From contig JAFRPL010000014.1 of assembly GCA_017429165.1 (NCBI GenBank), positions 2,113 to 66,112 of the forward strand: a stretch of 64,000 nt of DNA. The letters are read 5' to 3'. This document shows positions 36,651 through 47,808 of this stretch, one piece after another. Source of the stretch: Clostridia bacterium. Lineage in GTDB: Bacteria > Bacillota > Clostridia > Oscillospirales > CAG-382. The number at the start of each line of letters is the position of its first letter. Position 1 is the stretch's first letter. The notes beneath the pieces were generated by a model. It did no database searches. It had not been told where the DNA came from and was given only the letters and a program-made list of their open reading frames with translations. The position numbers were made by a program, and so were the translations under genes.

Positions 36651-37349
36651 TTATAACGGCTTTTTGCTTATGAGCGAATTGCGGCGGGGATACGTTTTGG
36701 GAGTGCGGGCGACTTTTTCTATGACCACGAGCGTGTGAGTATGCCCCGAAGCGGGGAGCGTGTATTCGTTTATATTCGCAAGCCGACCGCCAAGGGCTTT
36801 GATCGCGTTCGCCGCCTCTTCGGCTTCTTCTTTTCCGGCGCTGCCCTTGAGCGCGACGAACACGCCGTTGGGCTTTACGTACGGCAGACACCATTCGCAC
36901 AGCACATTGAGCCGCGCGACTCCGCGCGCGAGCACTGCGTCGTATTTTTCGCGATGTGCTTCGAGCCGCGAAAGCTCTTCCGCCCTGCCGCACAGGATAT
37001 CTATATTGTCTATACCGAGTTCGCGCGCCGTTTCTTTTATGAACGCCAGTTTTTTGGCGGTGGAATCGAGACAGGTCACGCTGCACCCGGAAGCAATGGC
37101 GACCGGGAACGCGGGGAATCCGCCGCCGCTGCCCACGTCGAGTATATCCCCTTTTACGCGCGGTTCGGTGAGCGCGTAAAGCGAATCGGCAAAATGCAGC
37201 TCGGCGGCCTCTTCGGGAGTGGTTATGGCGGTCAGATTCATAACGCGGTTTTTCTGTTCCAGCTTTTCGTATACGCTTTGCATGAGCCCGAGCTGTTCTT
37301 CGTTGAGCGAAACGGGCGAAAGGCGGCGGATGATATCAGTTATCGACAT
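36651..37349 (-). CDS. rsmG: 16S rRNA (guanine527-N7)-methyltransferase
   Basis: MNLTAITTPEEAAELHFADSL and DVGSGGGFPAFPVAI motifs. It follows mnmG. The start is ATG 37349 (an alternative is 37370). Confidence 0.9.
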   Translation of the reverse strand: MSITDIIRRLSPVSLNEEQLGLMQSVYEKLEQKNRVMNLTAITTPEEAAELHFADSLYALTEPRVKGDILDVGSGGGFPAFPVAIASGCSVTCLDSTAKKLAFIKETARELGIDNIDILCGRAEELSRLEAHREKYDAVLARGVARLNVLCEWCLPYVKPNGVFVALKGSAGKEEAEEAANAIKALGGRLANINEYTLPASGHTHTLVVIEKVARTPKTYPRRNSLISKKPL

Positions 37350-39210
37350 CGCGTTTTCCTTTCTGCGCAAGCCATATGAGCAGCACCGAAACGTCGGCGG
37401 GCGAAACGCCCGATATGCGCGAGGCGCGCCCTATGGATTCCGGGCGCAGTTTGTTGAGCTTTTGCTGCGCTTCGAGCCGCAGGCCCTTGACCGTGGAATA
37501 ATCGACGTCCAGCGGGAGCAGTTTTTCTTCGAGCTTGGCGAACCGTTCGACTTCGGCGAGCTGCTTTTTTATGTATCCTTCATATTTGATCTCGGTCTCG
37601 GCGCGTTCGGCTATGCGAGAATCGTATTCCGTTCTGCCTTCGAGCGCATAGATATCGCGCACGGTGATATACGGGCGGCGGAGCAGTTCGGAGGCGCGGA
37701 TGCCGCTTTCGCCGGGTTCGTATCCTTTTGAAACGAGCAGTTCGTTGAGCTTTTTGCCCGCTTTGAGCGTGAGGTGCGAAAGCCGTTCGATCTCCGCTTT
37801 GAGCGCTTCCTCTTCCGCAAGGAACGCGGCGTAAGCTTCTTCGCTCACAAGTCCCGCTTTGTATCCCTTGGGAGTGAGGCGCGTCTTTGCGTTATCCTGC
37901 CGCAGATACAGCCGGTATTCGCTGCGGCTGGTCATTATGCGGTACGGTTCGTTGGTTCCTTTGGTAACAAGATCGTCTATGAGCGTGCCTATATACGATT
38001 CCGCACGCGAAAGTATGAGCGGCTCTTCGCCTTTTATTTTCAGCGCGGCGTTTATGCCCGCCACGAGTCCCTGAGCAGCCGCCTCCTCGTAGCCCGAGGA
38101 GCCGTTGAACTGCCCGGCGCCGTAAAGCCCGGGGATATCGCGGAATTCCAGCGTGGGCGCCATCTGCAAAGGATCGGCGCAGTCGTATTCTATTGCGTAG
38201 GCGGTGCGCATTATGCGTGCGTGTTCCAATCCCTTTATGGAATGGATTATCTGCCTCTGCACCTCTTCGGGCATGGAGGAAGACAGCCCCTGCAAGTACA
38301 TTTCCTTGGTGTCGGAGCCCATGGGCTCGACGAATATCTGGTGCCGTTCCTTATCGGCGAAACGGACTACTTTGTCTTCTATGGAAGGACAGTAGCGCGG
38401 TCCCGTGCCTTTGATGACGCCGCCGAACAGCGGCGAACGGTGCAGGTTGGCGCGGATGATATCGTGAGTGGTTTGATTCGTATAAGTTATATAACAGCTT
38501 TTGGTGTTGGGCGTTTCGCCATTTGCCGTGAAATGATACGGTTCGGCGTCGCCCTCCTGCAGCTCCATTTCGCCGTAATCGAGACTGTCTGCGTGGACGC
38601 GCGGCGGAGTGCCCGTCTTGAAGCGCACGATCCTGACTCCGTGAGCGATAAGGTCGGCGGTGAGGCGCGTGGCGGGCAGAGTGTTATCGGGGCCGGAAGC
38701 GTAAGATTCCTCGCCCACTATGATTTTTCCGCCCAGCGACGTGCCGGAGGCGATTACGACCGCTTTGGCGGCGTATTCCATGCCGAAAGCGGTCTTTACG
38801 CCGCATATCGCGCCGCTTTCATCGGTGAGTATACCCGTGACTTCCGCCTGGACGAGCAGAAGGTTCTGCGTGTTTTCCAGCACGTTTTTCATATAATTGC
38901 GGTATTTCACGCGGTCCGCCTGCATGCGCAGCGAATGGACGGCGGGCCCTTTTGAGCTGTTGAGCATGCGCGACTGAAGCATGACTTCGTCCGCCGCGCG
39001 CGCCATTTCGCCGCCGAGCGCGTCTATTTCGTAGACCAGATGTCCCTTACCCGTTCCGCCGATGGAAGGGTTGCAGGGCATATTGCCCACAAGGTCCATA
39101 TTCAGCGTGAACACCGCGGTGCGCATACCCAGCCGCGCCGAAGCGAGGGCGGCTTCTATGCCGGCGTGGCCGGCGCCTATTACCGCTACGTCAAATTCGA
39201 GTTCGTTCAT
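37336..39210 (-). CDS. mnmG: tRNA uridine 5-carboxymethylaminomethyl modification enzyme MnmG (GidA)
   Basis: FDVAVIGAGHAGIEAALASAR FAD motif, 624 aa, conserved along its whole length. Confidence 0.97.
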   Translation of the reverse strand: MNELEFDVAVIGAGHAGIEAALASARLGMRTAVFTLNMDLVGNMPCNPSIGGTGKGHLVYEIDALGGEMARAADEVMLQSRMLNSSKGPAVHSLRMQADRVKYRNYMKNVLENTQNLLLVQAEVTGILTDESGAICGVKTAFGMEYAAKAVVIASGTSLGGKIIVGEESYASGPDNTLPATRLTADLIAHGVRIVRFKTGTPPRVHADSLDYGEMELQEGDAEPYHFTANGETPNTKSCYITYTNQTTHDIIRANLHRSPLFGGVIKGTGPRYCPSIEDKVVRFADKERHQIFVEPMGSDTKEMYLQGLSSSMPEEVQRQIIHSIKGLEHARIMRTAYAIEYDCADPLQMAPTLEFRDIPGLYGAGQFNGSSGYEEAAAQGLVAGINAALKIKGEEPLILSRAESYIGTLIDDLVTKGTNEPYRIMTSRSEYRLYLRQDNAKTRLTPKGYKAGLVSEEAYAAFLAEEEALKAEIERLSHLTLKAGKKLNELLVSKGYEPGESGIRASELLRRPYITVRDIYALEGRTEYDSRIAERAETEIKYEGYIKKQLAEVERFAKLEEKLLPLDVDYSTVKGLRLEAQQKLNKLRPESIGRASRISGVSPADVSVLLIWLAQKGKRDVDN

Positions 39211-39226
39211 AATGGTTTTTTCCTTC

Positions 39227-40585
39227 TTATTTGCCTACGCAGAAATGCGAGAAGATCGAATCGACTATTTCTTCGGTGACCGCCCTGCCGTCGATCTCTC
39301 CCAGGGCAGCGAGCGCGTTTTCTATATCCATGCCGGCCATGTCCTGCGTAAAGCTCTTCAAAGCGGCGAGCGCATTGTTGACGCACGCGACCGCCTTGTC
39401 GAGCGCGGCGCTCTGACGCGCCGAAACTATTATCGCCCCGTCGTCGCCGCATTCGCCGGCGCCGCACAGCGTTTCTATGGCGTTTATGAGTTCTTCCCTG
39501 CCGTCGCCCGTGAGCGCGGAAAGTTCTATTTCATATTTGAAAATCCCCGGCTTTTCACACATTGCAAGGTCGCTCTTGTTGAGCACCGCGATCGTGAGAT
39601 CCGCTTTGCCCGCTTTCTTTACGGCGTCGATGATCTCAAGATCGGCTTCGCACACGCGGCTTTCGAGCACCAGGATGAGCAGTTCGGCGTCGTTTATCTG
39701 TTCGAGCGAACGCGCCACGCCGAGCATTTCGATCCTGTCGGCGCTTCTGCGTATACCGGCGGTATCGGAAAGGTCGAGCACGACTCCGCCCGCCGTGATC
39801 TTTTCGGTGACGACGTCGCGCGTGGTACCTTCAAGCTCGGTGACTATGGCGCGTTCCTCGCCCGCAAGCAGATTGAGCAGCGAGGATTTTCCGGTGTTGG
39901 GCCTGCCGATAATGGCGGCCTTGACGCCTTCGCTTATGGCTTTGCCGTATTTGCGAGTTTTGCGCAGCTCTTCGAGTTCGGCGAGTATCGTTTTAAGTTT
40001 TTCTTCCATCTCGGGGACCGATACGTCGGTCATGTCCTCATCCGGGTAATCTATATACGCGTAAACGGAAGAGGCGAGCAGCGCCAGGCGCGAATAGATA
40101 TCGCCTATTTTTTGAGCGAGCGAGCCGCCGAGCTGCATCAACGAAACGCCCAGATGTTTTTCCGAAACGGCGTCGATAAGTCCGCCCACGGCTTCGGCTT
40201 CGGAAAGCGAAAGCTTGCCGTTTATAAAGGCGCGGCGGGTGAATTCGCCTCTGCCCGCGGGGACGGCGCCCGCCGCAAAGCACGCCGAAAGCAGTTTTTG
40301 CGTTACGAGCACGCCGCCGTGACAGCAAAGCTCGGCGGTGTCTTCACCGGTGAACGAGCGCGGAGACGCGTAAAGTACCGCCATGCCGTCGTCGAACGCG
40401 CCGTCCGGCCCGGAAAACACTCCGTGGACCACGGTATTCGGTTTGTATTCGGTAATCCTTTTGCCCGAAGAAGGCGCGAACACGCGGTCCGCTATTTCAA
40501 AAGCGTTCTCGCCGCTTACGCGGACCAAAGCGACTCCGCCCTTGCCGCGCGGCGTGGATACGGCGGCAACCGTGATACCGTTCAT
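39227..40585 (-). CDS. mnmE: tRNA modification GTPase MnmE (TrmE)
   Basis: G-domain GRPNTGKSSLLN and DTAG motifs, and a C-terminal CVGK tetrapeptide. Confidence 0.95.
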   Translation of the reverse strand: MNGITVAAVSTPRGKGGVALVRVSGENAFEIADRVFAPSSGKRITEYKPNTVVHGVFSGPDGAFDDGMAVLYASPRSFTGEDTAELCCHGGVLVTQKLLSACFAAGAVPAGRGEFTRRAFINGKLSLSEAEAVGGLIDAVSEKHLGVSLMQLGGSLAQKIGDIYSRLALLASSVYAYIDYPDEDMTDVSVPEMEEKLKTILAELEELRKTRKYGKAISEGVKAAIIGRPNTGKSSLLNLLAGEERAIVTELEGTTRDVVTEKITAGGVVLDLSDTAGIRRSADRIEMLGVARSLEQINDAELLILVLESRVCEADLEIIDAVKKAGKADLTIAVLNKSDLAMCEKPGIFKYEIELSALTGDGREELINAIETLCGAGECGDDGAIIVSARQSAALDKAVACVNNALAALKSFTQDMAGMDIENALAALGEIDGRAVTEEIVDSIFSHFCVGK

Positions 40586-41085
40586 AATATGTTACCTCCC
40601 GCGGCGAATTTGCCCGCGTGTTTAAGCCCGGCAAAATCGCTCCTCCGCAGCGCCTCGTAGACAGCCACGGCGACCGAATTCGCAAGGTTAAGCGAGCGTA
40701 TCTCGCCGAACATGGGGATGCGCACGCAGTCTTTTATGTTTTGCATAAGCAGTTCCTCCGGCAGACCTTTGGTCTCCTTGCCGAAGAAAAGATAGCACCC
40801 TTCGGGGTATTCGGCGTCGGTATAGCACGCCGGCGCTTTCGTGGTGAAATAGCGGCAGACCGCGCCCGGGTTGAGCGCGCGGAAACGCTCGATATCGTCA
40901 TAGTAACGCACGTCGAGATACTGCCAGTAGTCGAGTCCCGCGCGTTTGAGGTTTTTATCGGTTATCTCGAATCCGAAAGGTCGTATAAGGTGCAGGACGG
41001 AATGAGTCGCCACGCAGGTGCGTGCGATATTCCCGGTGTTCTGCGGTATTTCGGGTTCCAGAAGCACAACGTTCAAAGCCGCCAA
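40582..41085 (-). CDS. trmL: tRNA (cytidine/uridine-2'-O)-methyltransferase, SpoU/TrmL family
   Basis: VVLLEPEIPQNTGNIARTC and SLNLANSVAVAVYEALR motifs. The start is TTG behind AAGGTGA. ATGA overlap with mnmE. Confidence 0.85.
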   Translation of the reverse strand: MAALNVVLLEPEIPQNTGNIARTCVATHSVLHLIRPFGFEITDKNLKRAGLDYWQYLDVRYYDDIERFRALNPGAVCRYFTTKAPACYTDAEYPEGCYLFFGKETKGLPEELLMQNIKDCVRIPMFGEIRSLNLANSVAVAVYEALRRSDFAGLKHAGKFAAGGNIL

Positions 41086-41275
41086 GGTCGTTCACCTTTC
41101 CATATGATTTCATTGTATTTTACCATATCCGCGCGCACTTTTCAATTCTTTTTTACGTTTTTGGATTTATTTTACAAAAAAGTATGTATTTTTTGCTTTT
41201 TATATGTTATGATATAGGAAAATAGGAAAACCATTGCGCGCGTGCGCGGGAAAAACGCAAAAAGGCAGGTCAGAT

Positions 41276-44023
41276 ATGTCACTCATTTCAAAAGTTTTCG
41301 GCACCTACAGCGAAAGGCAGATAAAAAAGATTGAACCCGTGGTGGAACAGATAGAGGCGCTCGCCGATAAATACAAAGCCATGACAGACGACGAGCTGCG
41401 CGCTCAGACCGACGTGCTGCGCGGCAGACTCAAAGCAGGCGAGACCAAGGACGATATTCTTCCGGACGCTTTCGCCGTCGTGCGCGAGACCGCCGACCGC
41501 GTGCTGGGCACCCGGCATTACCGCGTCCAGCTTATAGGCGGCATAGTCATACATCAGGGGCGCATAGCCGAAATGAAGACCGGCGAAGGCAAAACGCAGG
41601 TCGCCACCCTGCCCGCGTATCTCAACGCTCTTGACGGCAGCGGCGTGCATATCGTCACGGTCAACGACTACCTCGCCAAGCGCGACAGCGAATGGATGGG
41701 CAAGCTTTACAACTTTCTCGGGCTTTCGGTCGGGCTCATCGTAAACGGGATGAAGAACGAGGAGCGCAAAGCCGCCTACGCCGCCGATATAACCTACGGG
41801 ACCAACAACGAAATGGGGTTCGACTACCTGCGCGACAATATGGCGATATATAAAGAGCGCGTGGTCCAGCGCGGACACGTCTTTGCCATAGTGGACGAAG
41901 TGGACTCCATACTCATAGACGAAGCGCGCACGCCGCTCATAATATCCGGCGCCGGCAGCGAATCGGATCCGCTTTACGAAAAGACCGACGAGCTCGTGCG
42001 CAGGATGAGCTGTTTTCGCATAAAAGAAATAGACGAAAAGCAGGGCGCGGACGATTACGGCGCGGATTACGTGGTGGACGAAAAGGCGCACACCGCGGTG
42101 CTTGCAAAATCCGGCATAGCCAAAGCCGAAAAATACTTTGGACTTGAAAACCTGGGCGACGCCGAAAATCAGGAGTATATGCACTACATTAACAACGCCA
42201 TCCGCGCGCATGGCGTTATGAAAAAAGACGTGGATTACATCGTCAAGGACGGTCAGGTGCTGATAGTCGATTCGTTCACCGGCCGCATAATGTACGGCAG
42301 ACGCTATTCCAACGGCCTGCATCAGGCGATAGAAGCGAAGGAAGGCGTAAAAGTCGAACGCGAAAACAAGACGCAGGCGACCATAACGTTCCAGAACTAT
42401 TTCCGCCTTTACAAAAAGCTTTCCGGCATGACCGGCACGGCGCTCACCGAAGAAAACGAGTTCCGCGAGATATACAATCTGGACGTGGTGGAGATCCCCA
42501 CCAACCGCCCAATGATACGCAAAGACTACAACGACGTCGTATACAAGACCGTAAACGGCAAATATCACGCCATAATAGAGCAGATCAAGGAATGCCACGC
42601 CAAGGGCCAGCCCGTGCTGGTCGGTACCGCGTCGGTCGAAAAATCCGAAGCGGTCTCTGCGCTGCTCAAAAAAGAAGGCATAAAGCACAACGTCTTAAAC
42701 GCCAAATACCACGAAAAAGAAGCCGAGATAATCGCCCAGGCCGGCAAGGTCGGCGCGGTGACGATATCCACCAATATGGCGGGGCGCGGCACCGATATCA
42801 AGCTGGGCGGCAACGCCGAATTCATGGCGAAATCCGCACTGCGCGACGAAGGCTTTGAAGAATGGCAGATAAACGAGGCGACTGCGTATTCGCACACCGA
42901 CAACCCCGAAATACTCGAATACCGCCGCCGTTTCCGCGAACTTGAAAAGCAGTTCGAAGCAGAGATAGCGCCCGAAGCGGACAAAGTCCGCGAAGCCGGC
43001 GGTCTGTTCATACTCGGCACCGAGCGCCACGAAAGCCGCCGCATAGACAATCAGCTGCGCGGCCGTTCCGGACGTCAGGGCGACCCGGGCGAAAGCCGGT
43101 TCTACCTTTCGATGCAGGACGACCTTATGCGCCTGTTCGGTTCGGATAAAATGCTGGGCGTGGTGTCGGCGCTGGGGCTTCCCGAAGATCAGCCCATAAA
43201 CGCCAAGCTGCTTTCCAATTCCATAGAATCGGCGCAGAAACGGCTCGAAGGCATGAACTTCGAACGCCGCAAGCGCGTCATTGAATACGACGACGTCATG
43301 AACCAGCAGCGCGAGCTGATCTACGCTCAGCGCCGCGACGTGCTCGACGGCAAGGACCTGAAAGCCATGATATGGAAGATGGTCGAAGATTACATAGACG
43401 GCGCCGTGGCGGAATACTGCGCTTCCGACGTCCCCGACGAATGGAACTACGACGGGCTCAGGACTTATTTCTTAGGTATCCTCTGCGGCAAGGACGATTT
43501 TGTCTACACGCCCAACGATATGGATACAATAACCGCCGAATCTATACGCGACACGCTGATTACCCGCGCGGAAAAGCGCTACGCCGCGCAGGAGGCGGTC
43601 TTTACGCCCGAACGGTTCCGTGAGATAGAACGCATCATACTGCTGGAAAACGTCGACCGCAAGTGGATGGACCACATAGACGCGATGGACGACCTTGAGA
43701 CCGGCGTGGGACTGAACGCTTACGCTCAGCGCGACCCGGTGAAGGAATTCAAGATATTCGGTTCGCAGATGTTCGACGATATGATCCACGACATCCGCAC
43801 GGATACCGTCCGTATGTTGCTGACCGTGGCTCCGCGGCGCACGATGGAGCGCAAGAAGGTGCTAACCGCCGCCGACAATATGAATGCGGGCGGAGGCGAC
43901 AAAAAAGTCACCGTCACCGCGGTGAAACGCAAAAAAGTGGGGCCCAACGATCCCTGCCCCTGCGGCAGCGGGCTCAAATACAAAAAGTGCTGTATGGCAA
44001 AGGATATGAAAGGAAACGGCTGA
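41276..44023 (+). CDS. secA: Preprotein translocase ATPase SecA
   Basis: [18 protein letters not shown]..., Walker [28 protein letters not shown], and the C-terminal zinc motif [13 protein letters not shown]. Confidence 0.97.
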   Translation: MSLISKVFGTYSERQIKKIEPVVEQIEALADKYKAMTDDELRAQTDVLRGRLKAGETKDDILPDAFAVVRETADRVLGTRHYRVQLIGGIVIHQGRIAEMKTGEGKTQVATLPAYLNALDGSGVHIVTVNDYLAKRDSEWMGKLYNFLGLSVGLIVNGMKNEERKAAYAADITYGTNNEMGFDYLRDNMAIYKERVVQRGHVFAIVDEVDSILIDEARTPLIISGAGSESDPLYEKTDELVRRMSCFRIKEIDEKQGADDYGADYVVDEKAHTAVLAKSGIAKAEKYFGLENLGDAENQEYMHYINNAIRAHGVMKKDVDYIVKDGQVLIVDSFTGRIMYGRRYSNGLHQAIEAKEGVKVERENKTQATITFQNYFRLYKKLSGMTGTALTEENEFREIYNLDVVEIPTNRPMIRKDYNDVVYKTVNGKYHAIIEQIKECHAKGQPVLVGTASVEKSEAVSALLKKEGIKHNVLNAKYHEKEAEIIAQAGKVGAVTISTNMAGRGTDIKLGGNAEFMAKSALRDEGFEEWQINEATAYSHTDNPEILEYRRRFRELEKQFEAEIAPEADKVREAGGLFILGTERHESRRIDNQLRGRSGRQGDPGESRFYLSMQDDLMRLFGSDKMLGVVSALGLPEDQPINAKLLSNSIESAQKRLEGMNFERRKRVIEYDDVMNQQRELIYAQRRDVLDGKDLKAMIWKMVEDYIDGAVAEYCASDVPDEWNYDGLRTYFLGILCGKDDFVYTPNDMDTITAESIRDTLITRAEKRYAAQEAVFTPERFREIERIILLENVDRKWMDHIDAMDDLETGVGLNAYAQRDPVKEFKIFGSQMFDDMIHDIRTDTVRMLLTVAPRRTMERKKVLTAADNMNAGGGDKKVTVTAVKRKKVGPNDPCPCGSGLKYKKCCMAKDMKGNG

Positions 44024-44026
44024 GTT

Positions 44027-44641
44027 ATGGGATTCGGTCTGTGCGTGCTCGGATATCTGCTCATAATATTCGATTCTTTCTACGCGGGCGTTATAGGCTG
44101 GCCGCTTCTGGCGTGGGGATTTTTCAAGCTGGGCAAGGTGCGCAAAAGCTTTTTCGCTTCATGCGCGCTCTGCGCCGTTTGCACGCTGTATTCGGTATGC
44201 GAACTGCTGGATCTTGCCAAGATCATAACGCTTGACAAGACCGGCGAGCTGTATTTCGCACTGCATCTGGCTTATATCCTGCTGGGCGCCTGCATACACC
44301 TGATCTATCTGCTTTCGGTCCGCGATATCGCGCTCGAAGGCGGCGATATGAAGATAGCCATGAATGCGCTGGCCTGGCTGGCTTTTACCGAATTTTATTA
44401 CGCGCTGTGCATAATTTCGGCGTATCTGGTAAAAGGCGGGGCGACCGGTTCGGAGTTCGCGCAGATAGTGGGCAACGTGACGATAATCATGAAATACCTT
44501 ATAGGATTCACCAACCTGTGGTTCCTGTACGGCTGTTATACCAAGATAACCACGGCTTCGCAAATGGAAAAAGACGAAGAGACCATGCGCCGCATAGCCG
44601 AAAAAGAGGAACAGAAACGCCGCAAACGCGAAAAGGAATGA
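44027..44641 (+). CDS. Hypothetical polytopic membrane protein with a Lys/Glu-rich tail
   Basis: It starts 4 nt after the secA stop. About 5 hydrophobic helices. The C-terminus is EKEEQKRRKREKE. Confidence 0.6.
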   Translation: MGFGLCVLGYLLIIFDSFYAGVIGWPLLAWGFFKLGKVRKSFFASCALCAVCTLYSVCELLDLAKIITLDKTGELYFALHLAYILLGACIHLIYLLSVRDIALEGGDMKIAMNALAWLAFTEFYYALCIISAYLVKGGATGSEFAQIVGNVTIIMKYLIGFTNLWFLYGCYTKITTASQMEKDEETMRRIAEKEEQKRRKREKE

Positions 44642-44645
44642 GTTT

Positions 44646-45938
44646 ATGAACGACGCTGCCGCGACCAAAAACAGAATACGTTCGCCGCTTTTGTTTATAG
44701 GGCTGTTTTTCCTTATCAACCCCTATTTCGCCATGCTCGATATCCTGCCCGATTTTATAGGATACGCGCTGATCTGCTACGCCGTGAGCGACCTTGCGAA
44801 GCTGGAATACCGTATGGAATCGGCGATGAAATATTCGGCGTATCTGGGGCTGCTTTCGTTCGCGCGCGCGGCAGCGTTCGTGCTTTCGCTCGGGTCGGAC
44901 GACAGCATGCGGCTGCTTCTGACTTTCAGCTTCGGCGTGGCGGAGATACTGCTCGTCATCAGGTTCGCTTCTGACCTTTTCGGCGGGACCGAGTATCTGC
45001 TCGAACGCTACGACGGCTACGAGGCGCTGAGGCGGCTCAACAACGCCAGATTTCTTACGCTTCTGTTCCTTATAGTGAAAGTGGCGCTGGGCGTGATACC
45101 CGAGGCGGCGGTGCTTCTGGTGCAGAAAGTGCTGTTTTCCGACCTTATCGACGTCGACGACATACCGCTTTACAATGATATCGCAAGCTACAAGCCGTAC
45201 GCGACCGCGCTGTTCATTCTGATCACGATCATACTCGGCGTGTGGTGGTATATAGAGATCTGCCGCTATTTCGGCGCGGTGCGCAAAGACGCAGCATTCG
45301 TCGCTGCGGCGACTAAAGCCGCCGAATACGTGACCGGCAGTTCGAGCGAGAGCATCGATAAAAAGCTCAGCGTTTCCTATGTGTTCGCGATCGTGGGGAT
45401 CGCGGCTTTCGCGTTAGACGTGCGGTTCGAACGCGTCCCCGTACTGCCCGCTTTTCTAGGAGCGCTCATATCGGCGTACGCGATTATCCGCGCCAAGCGC
45501 GTGCTTAAAAAGACGCTTGCGCCTTACGCGTTCTGCGCCGCGGCGACGGGGCTGGCGCTGGATATATGCTTTATACTGTTCGGCAGCACCGACACGGTAG
45601 GTACGTTGACCGAAAGCGCGGTGCTTGCGGCGTCGGGCGCGGCGTTCGCCGTATGTTCCGTGCTGTTCGTGCGGCGCCTGTGCTATTCGCTGCGCGAATT
45701 GCACTTCGATTTCGGCTGCGAAAAAACTTCGCTCAAACCGCTCGTGTACGCCGAGATCTTATATACCGCATACGCCCTTATGAACATAGCCGCTTTTGCG
45801 ATGCCCGTTCTTTACCCGTGGCTGCTTTTGCCCAGGATACTGCTTTCTGTCGCGTTCATAGCGGTATTTCTGCTCACCTACCGCCGCATATGCGAAGAAT
45901 ACGTCGCCATAGTAAGCGACACCGAAGAAGAAACTTGA
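44646..45938 (+). CDS. Hypothetical polytopic membrane protein (about 10 TM)
   Basis: It starts 5 nt after the preceding stop. The first-helix motif LDILPDFIGYALICYAVSDLAKL resembles FDSFYAGVIGWPLLAWGFFKLGKV in the preceding protein. Confidence 0.6.
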   Translation: MNDAAATKNRIRSPLLFIGLFFLINPYFAMLDILPDFIGYALICYAVSDLAKLEYRMESAMKYSAYLGLLSFARAAAFVLSLGSDDSMRLLLTFSFGVAEILLVIRFASDLFGGTEYLLERYDGYEALRRLNNARFLTLLFLIVKVALGVIPEAAVLLVQKVLFSDLIDVDDIPLYNDIASYKPYATALFILITIILGVWWYIEICRYFGAVRKDAAFVAAATKAAEYVTGSSSESIDKKLSVSYVFAIVGIAAFALDVRFERVPVLPAFLGALISAYAIIRAKRVLKKTLAPYAFCAAATGLALDICFILFGSTDTVGTLTESAVLAASGAAFAVCSVLFVRRLCYSLRELHFDFGCEKTSLKPLVYAEILYTAYALMNIAAFAMPVLYPWLLLPRILLSVAFIAVFLLTYRRICEEYVAIVSDTEEET

Positions 45939-46016
45939 AAAAATACGGTCGTTTTTTGTCCGATTTTCGGCTTTTCGACAGTATTATCATACAGAAAACG
46001 AAAGGAGAATACCGCT

Positions 46017-47003
46017 ATGACAAATCGCAGCAAGACAGCCGCTTTTGCGGCGGCGATACTGATGATAGCACTCGTTTTTTCTTTACTGCTCGTTTCGTGC
46101 GGGAACGACGTTCCGTCGAAACCCGTGACGAATCCGGTGCCCGAAAACTATATATGCCTGAGAGAAGACGTGGAATTGGATCCGGGCACACTGTACGTGA
46201 CGTACCTTTACGTTAGGAGTTCGGACGAAAACGGCACAGTCGGCGACGACGTGTTCGTCGAAGGCGTTACGGGGTTCAATGAGTTCGATACCGCGCGCAT
46301 AGAGTTTTACGGCAGATACTGTATCGCCGAAGAAAGAGTCTTTGACTACGGCACCAGAGAAAACGCATATCAAATAACGTGCAAATTCGTCATAAAAAAA
46401 GTCGTCAGCGCGAGAAGATCGAATTACGAGGCAGGCGAGCCGGTAATGGACAAACCCATTATCTACCTGTATCCCGCCGAAGAAACGGTCTGTTCGGTAA
46501 AGCTCATGCTTAACGGAAAGCTGACCTGTACCTACCCCGAATACGGCGAAAACGGCTGGGAAAACTTTGTTGCAAGGCCTGACGGAACGCTCGTGTTCCC
46601 CGACGGAAGCGAATACTATGCCCTGTACTGGGAAGGCGTTTCGGACGGCGCGGGATTCGATTTCACACGCGGAGCGTGCGTGGCGGGAAAAGACACCGCG
46701 GCGTTCCTTGCGGAAACGCTGCCCAAGCTGGGGCTTACCGCGCGCGAAGCGAACGAATTCATAATCTACTGGCTGCCTCTGATGCAGAAAAACGAATACA
46801 ATCTCATATCGTTCCAGACAAGCGCTTACACCGAAAACGCCGTGCTGTGCGTCACGCCCGAACCCGACGTTTGCATAAGAGTCTTTATGGCGTTCATGCC
46901 GCTCGACGAAATGATCGATATCCCGCCGCAGGAATTTTCCGCGCCCGAACGTTACGGTTTCACCGTGGTCGAATGGGGCGGCTGCGAAGTGGGAAACAAA
47001 TAA
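46017..47003 (+). CDS. Hypothetical lipoprotein
   Basis: AAAGGAG RBS and lipobox LLLVSC. A conserved-looking C-terminal domain (KPIIYLYP...EANEFIIYWLP...GFTVVEWGG) has unknown function. Confidence 0.65.
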   Translation: MTNRSKTAAFAAAILMIALVFSLLLVSCGNDVPSKPVTNPVPENYICLREDVELDPGTLYVTYLYVRSSDENGTVGDDVFVEGVTGFNEFDTARIEFYGRYCIAEERVFDYGTRENAYQITCKFVIKKVVSARRSNYEAGEPVMDKPIIYLYPAEETVCSVKLMLNGKLTCTYPEYGENGWENFVARPDGTLVFPDGSEYYALYWEGVSDGAGFDFTRGACVAGKDTAAFLAETLPKLGLTAREANEFIIYWLPLMQKNEYNLISFQTSAYTENAVLCVTPEPDVCIRVFMAFMPLDEMIDIPPQEFSAPERYGFTVVEWGGCEVGNK

Positions 47004-47020
47004 ACGAAACAAAAAGCAAA

Positions 47021-47064
47021 ATCCCGCGCAAGAGGTAGATGTCTTGCGCGGGATACTTTTTATT
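47021..47064. terminator. Bidirectional terminator (lipoprotein gene / ruvX, convergent)
   Basis: 13-bp stem ATCCCGCGCAAGA-loop-TCTTGCGCGGGAT followed by ACTTTTTATT. An A-run lies upstream. Confidence 0.8.
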
Positions 47065-47065
47065 C

Positions 47066-47482
47066 TTATATTTGCCTGTTTTTGAGCGAATCGAGATAAT
47101 CCTGCAAAATTATTTCCGCCGAAAGCGAATCGACCATTCCCTTTTTGCGCCGCGGCGCCAGGTCGGCGTCGTTCATGAACGCGTGGGCGCGCACGGTGGT
47201 GAGCCGTTCGTCAAAATATTCGGGCGCCATGCCCGTGATTTGCGCGAGCGCGGCTCCGAAACGGCGTGTGCGTTCGGCGCGGAAACCTTCGGTGGAATCC
47301 ATGTTCCTGGGAAGTCCTATGACGACGGATTCGCCGCCGAGCTCTTTTATCTTTTCGGCGCACTTTCTGACGGCGTCGGCAAGTCCCGTGACTTTTACGG
47401 TACAGACGGCGGTCGCGAGAACGCCGTCGCTGCGCGCGACGCCGACGCGTTTGTCGCCGAAATCTATTCCAATATAAACCAT
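47066..47482 (-). CDS. ruvX: Holliday-junction resolvase-like nuclease RuvX (YqgF)
   Basis: MVYIGIDFGDKRVGVA...VVIGLPRNMDSTEG...SLSAEIILQDYL. ATG 47482 follows GAGGTGA. Confidence 0.9.
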   Translation of the reverse strand: MVYIGIDFGDKRVGVARSDGVLATAVCTVKVTGLADAVRKCAEKIKELGGESVVIGLPRNMDSTEGFRAERTRRFGAALAQITGMAPEYFDERLTTVRAHAFMNDADLAPRRKKGMVDSLSAEIILQDYLDSLKNRQI

Positions 47483-47808
47483 TTTTTCACCTCGCATAAA
47501 ACGGACATAAAAGCCGATAATAAGAACGTCGGAAGGATCGTCAGGATGAGACGTTTTAAAGACGGCTGCTTTACGCGCCGCGATACCGCATACTGCGCGC
47601 TTTCGCGCACACTCGATCTGCGGACGGGAACGCCCCGCAGCGTGCGCGACGAATTCGGCGAGCTTTTTGCGGCGGAGACAGATACGGAATACGTTTTTTT
47701 GCGCACCGCGCGCGATTTTCCCCAACAGTGCGGGAACGATGCGCGTGACGTCAGCAGAACGTAGGATCCCCACGACGCATACAGAGAGGCAGACGGCTCT
47801 TTGAGTTT

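Noticed and set aside
47483-47773. 97-codon in-frame N-terminal extension of ruvX (track ORF 47066-47773, GTG start)
   Set aside because: The RuvX family is about 140 aa. The canonical MVYIGIDFG start at 47482 has a GAGGTGA RBS. The extension is Arg-rich with no homology features, so it is open by chance in GC-rich DNA.
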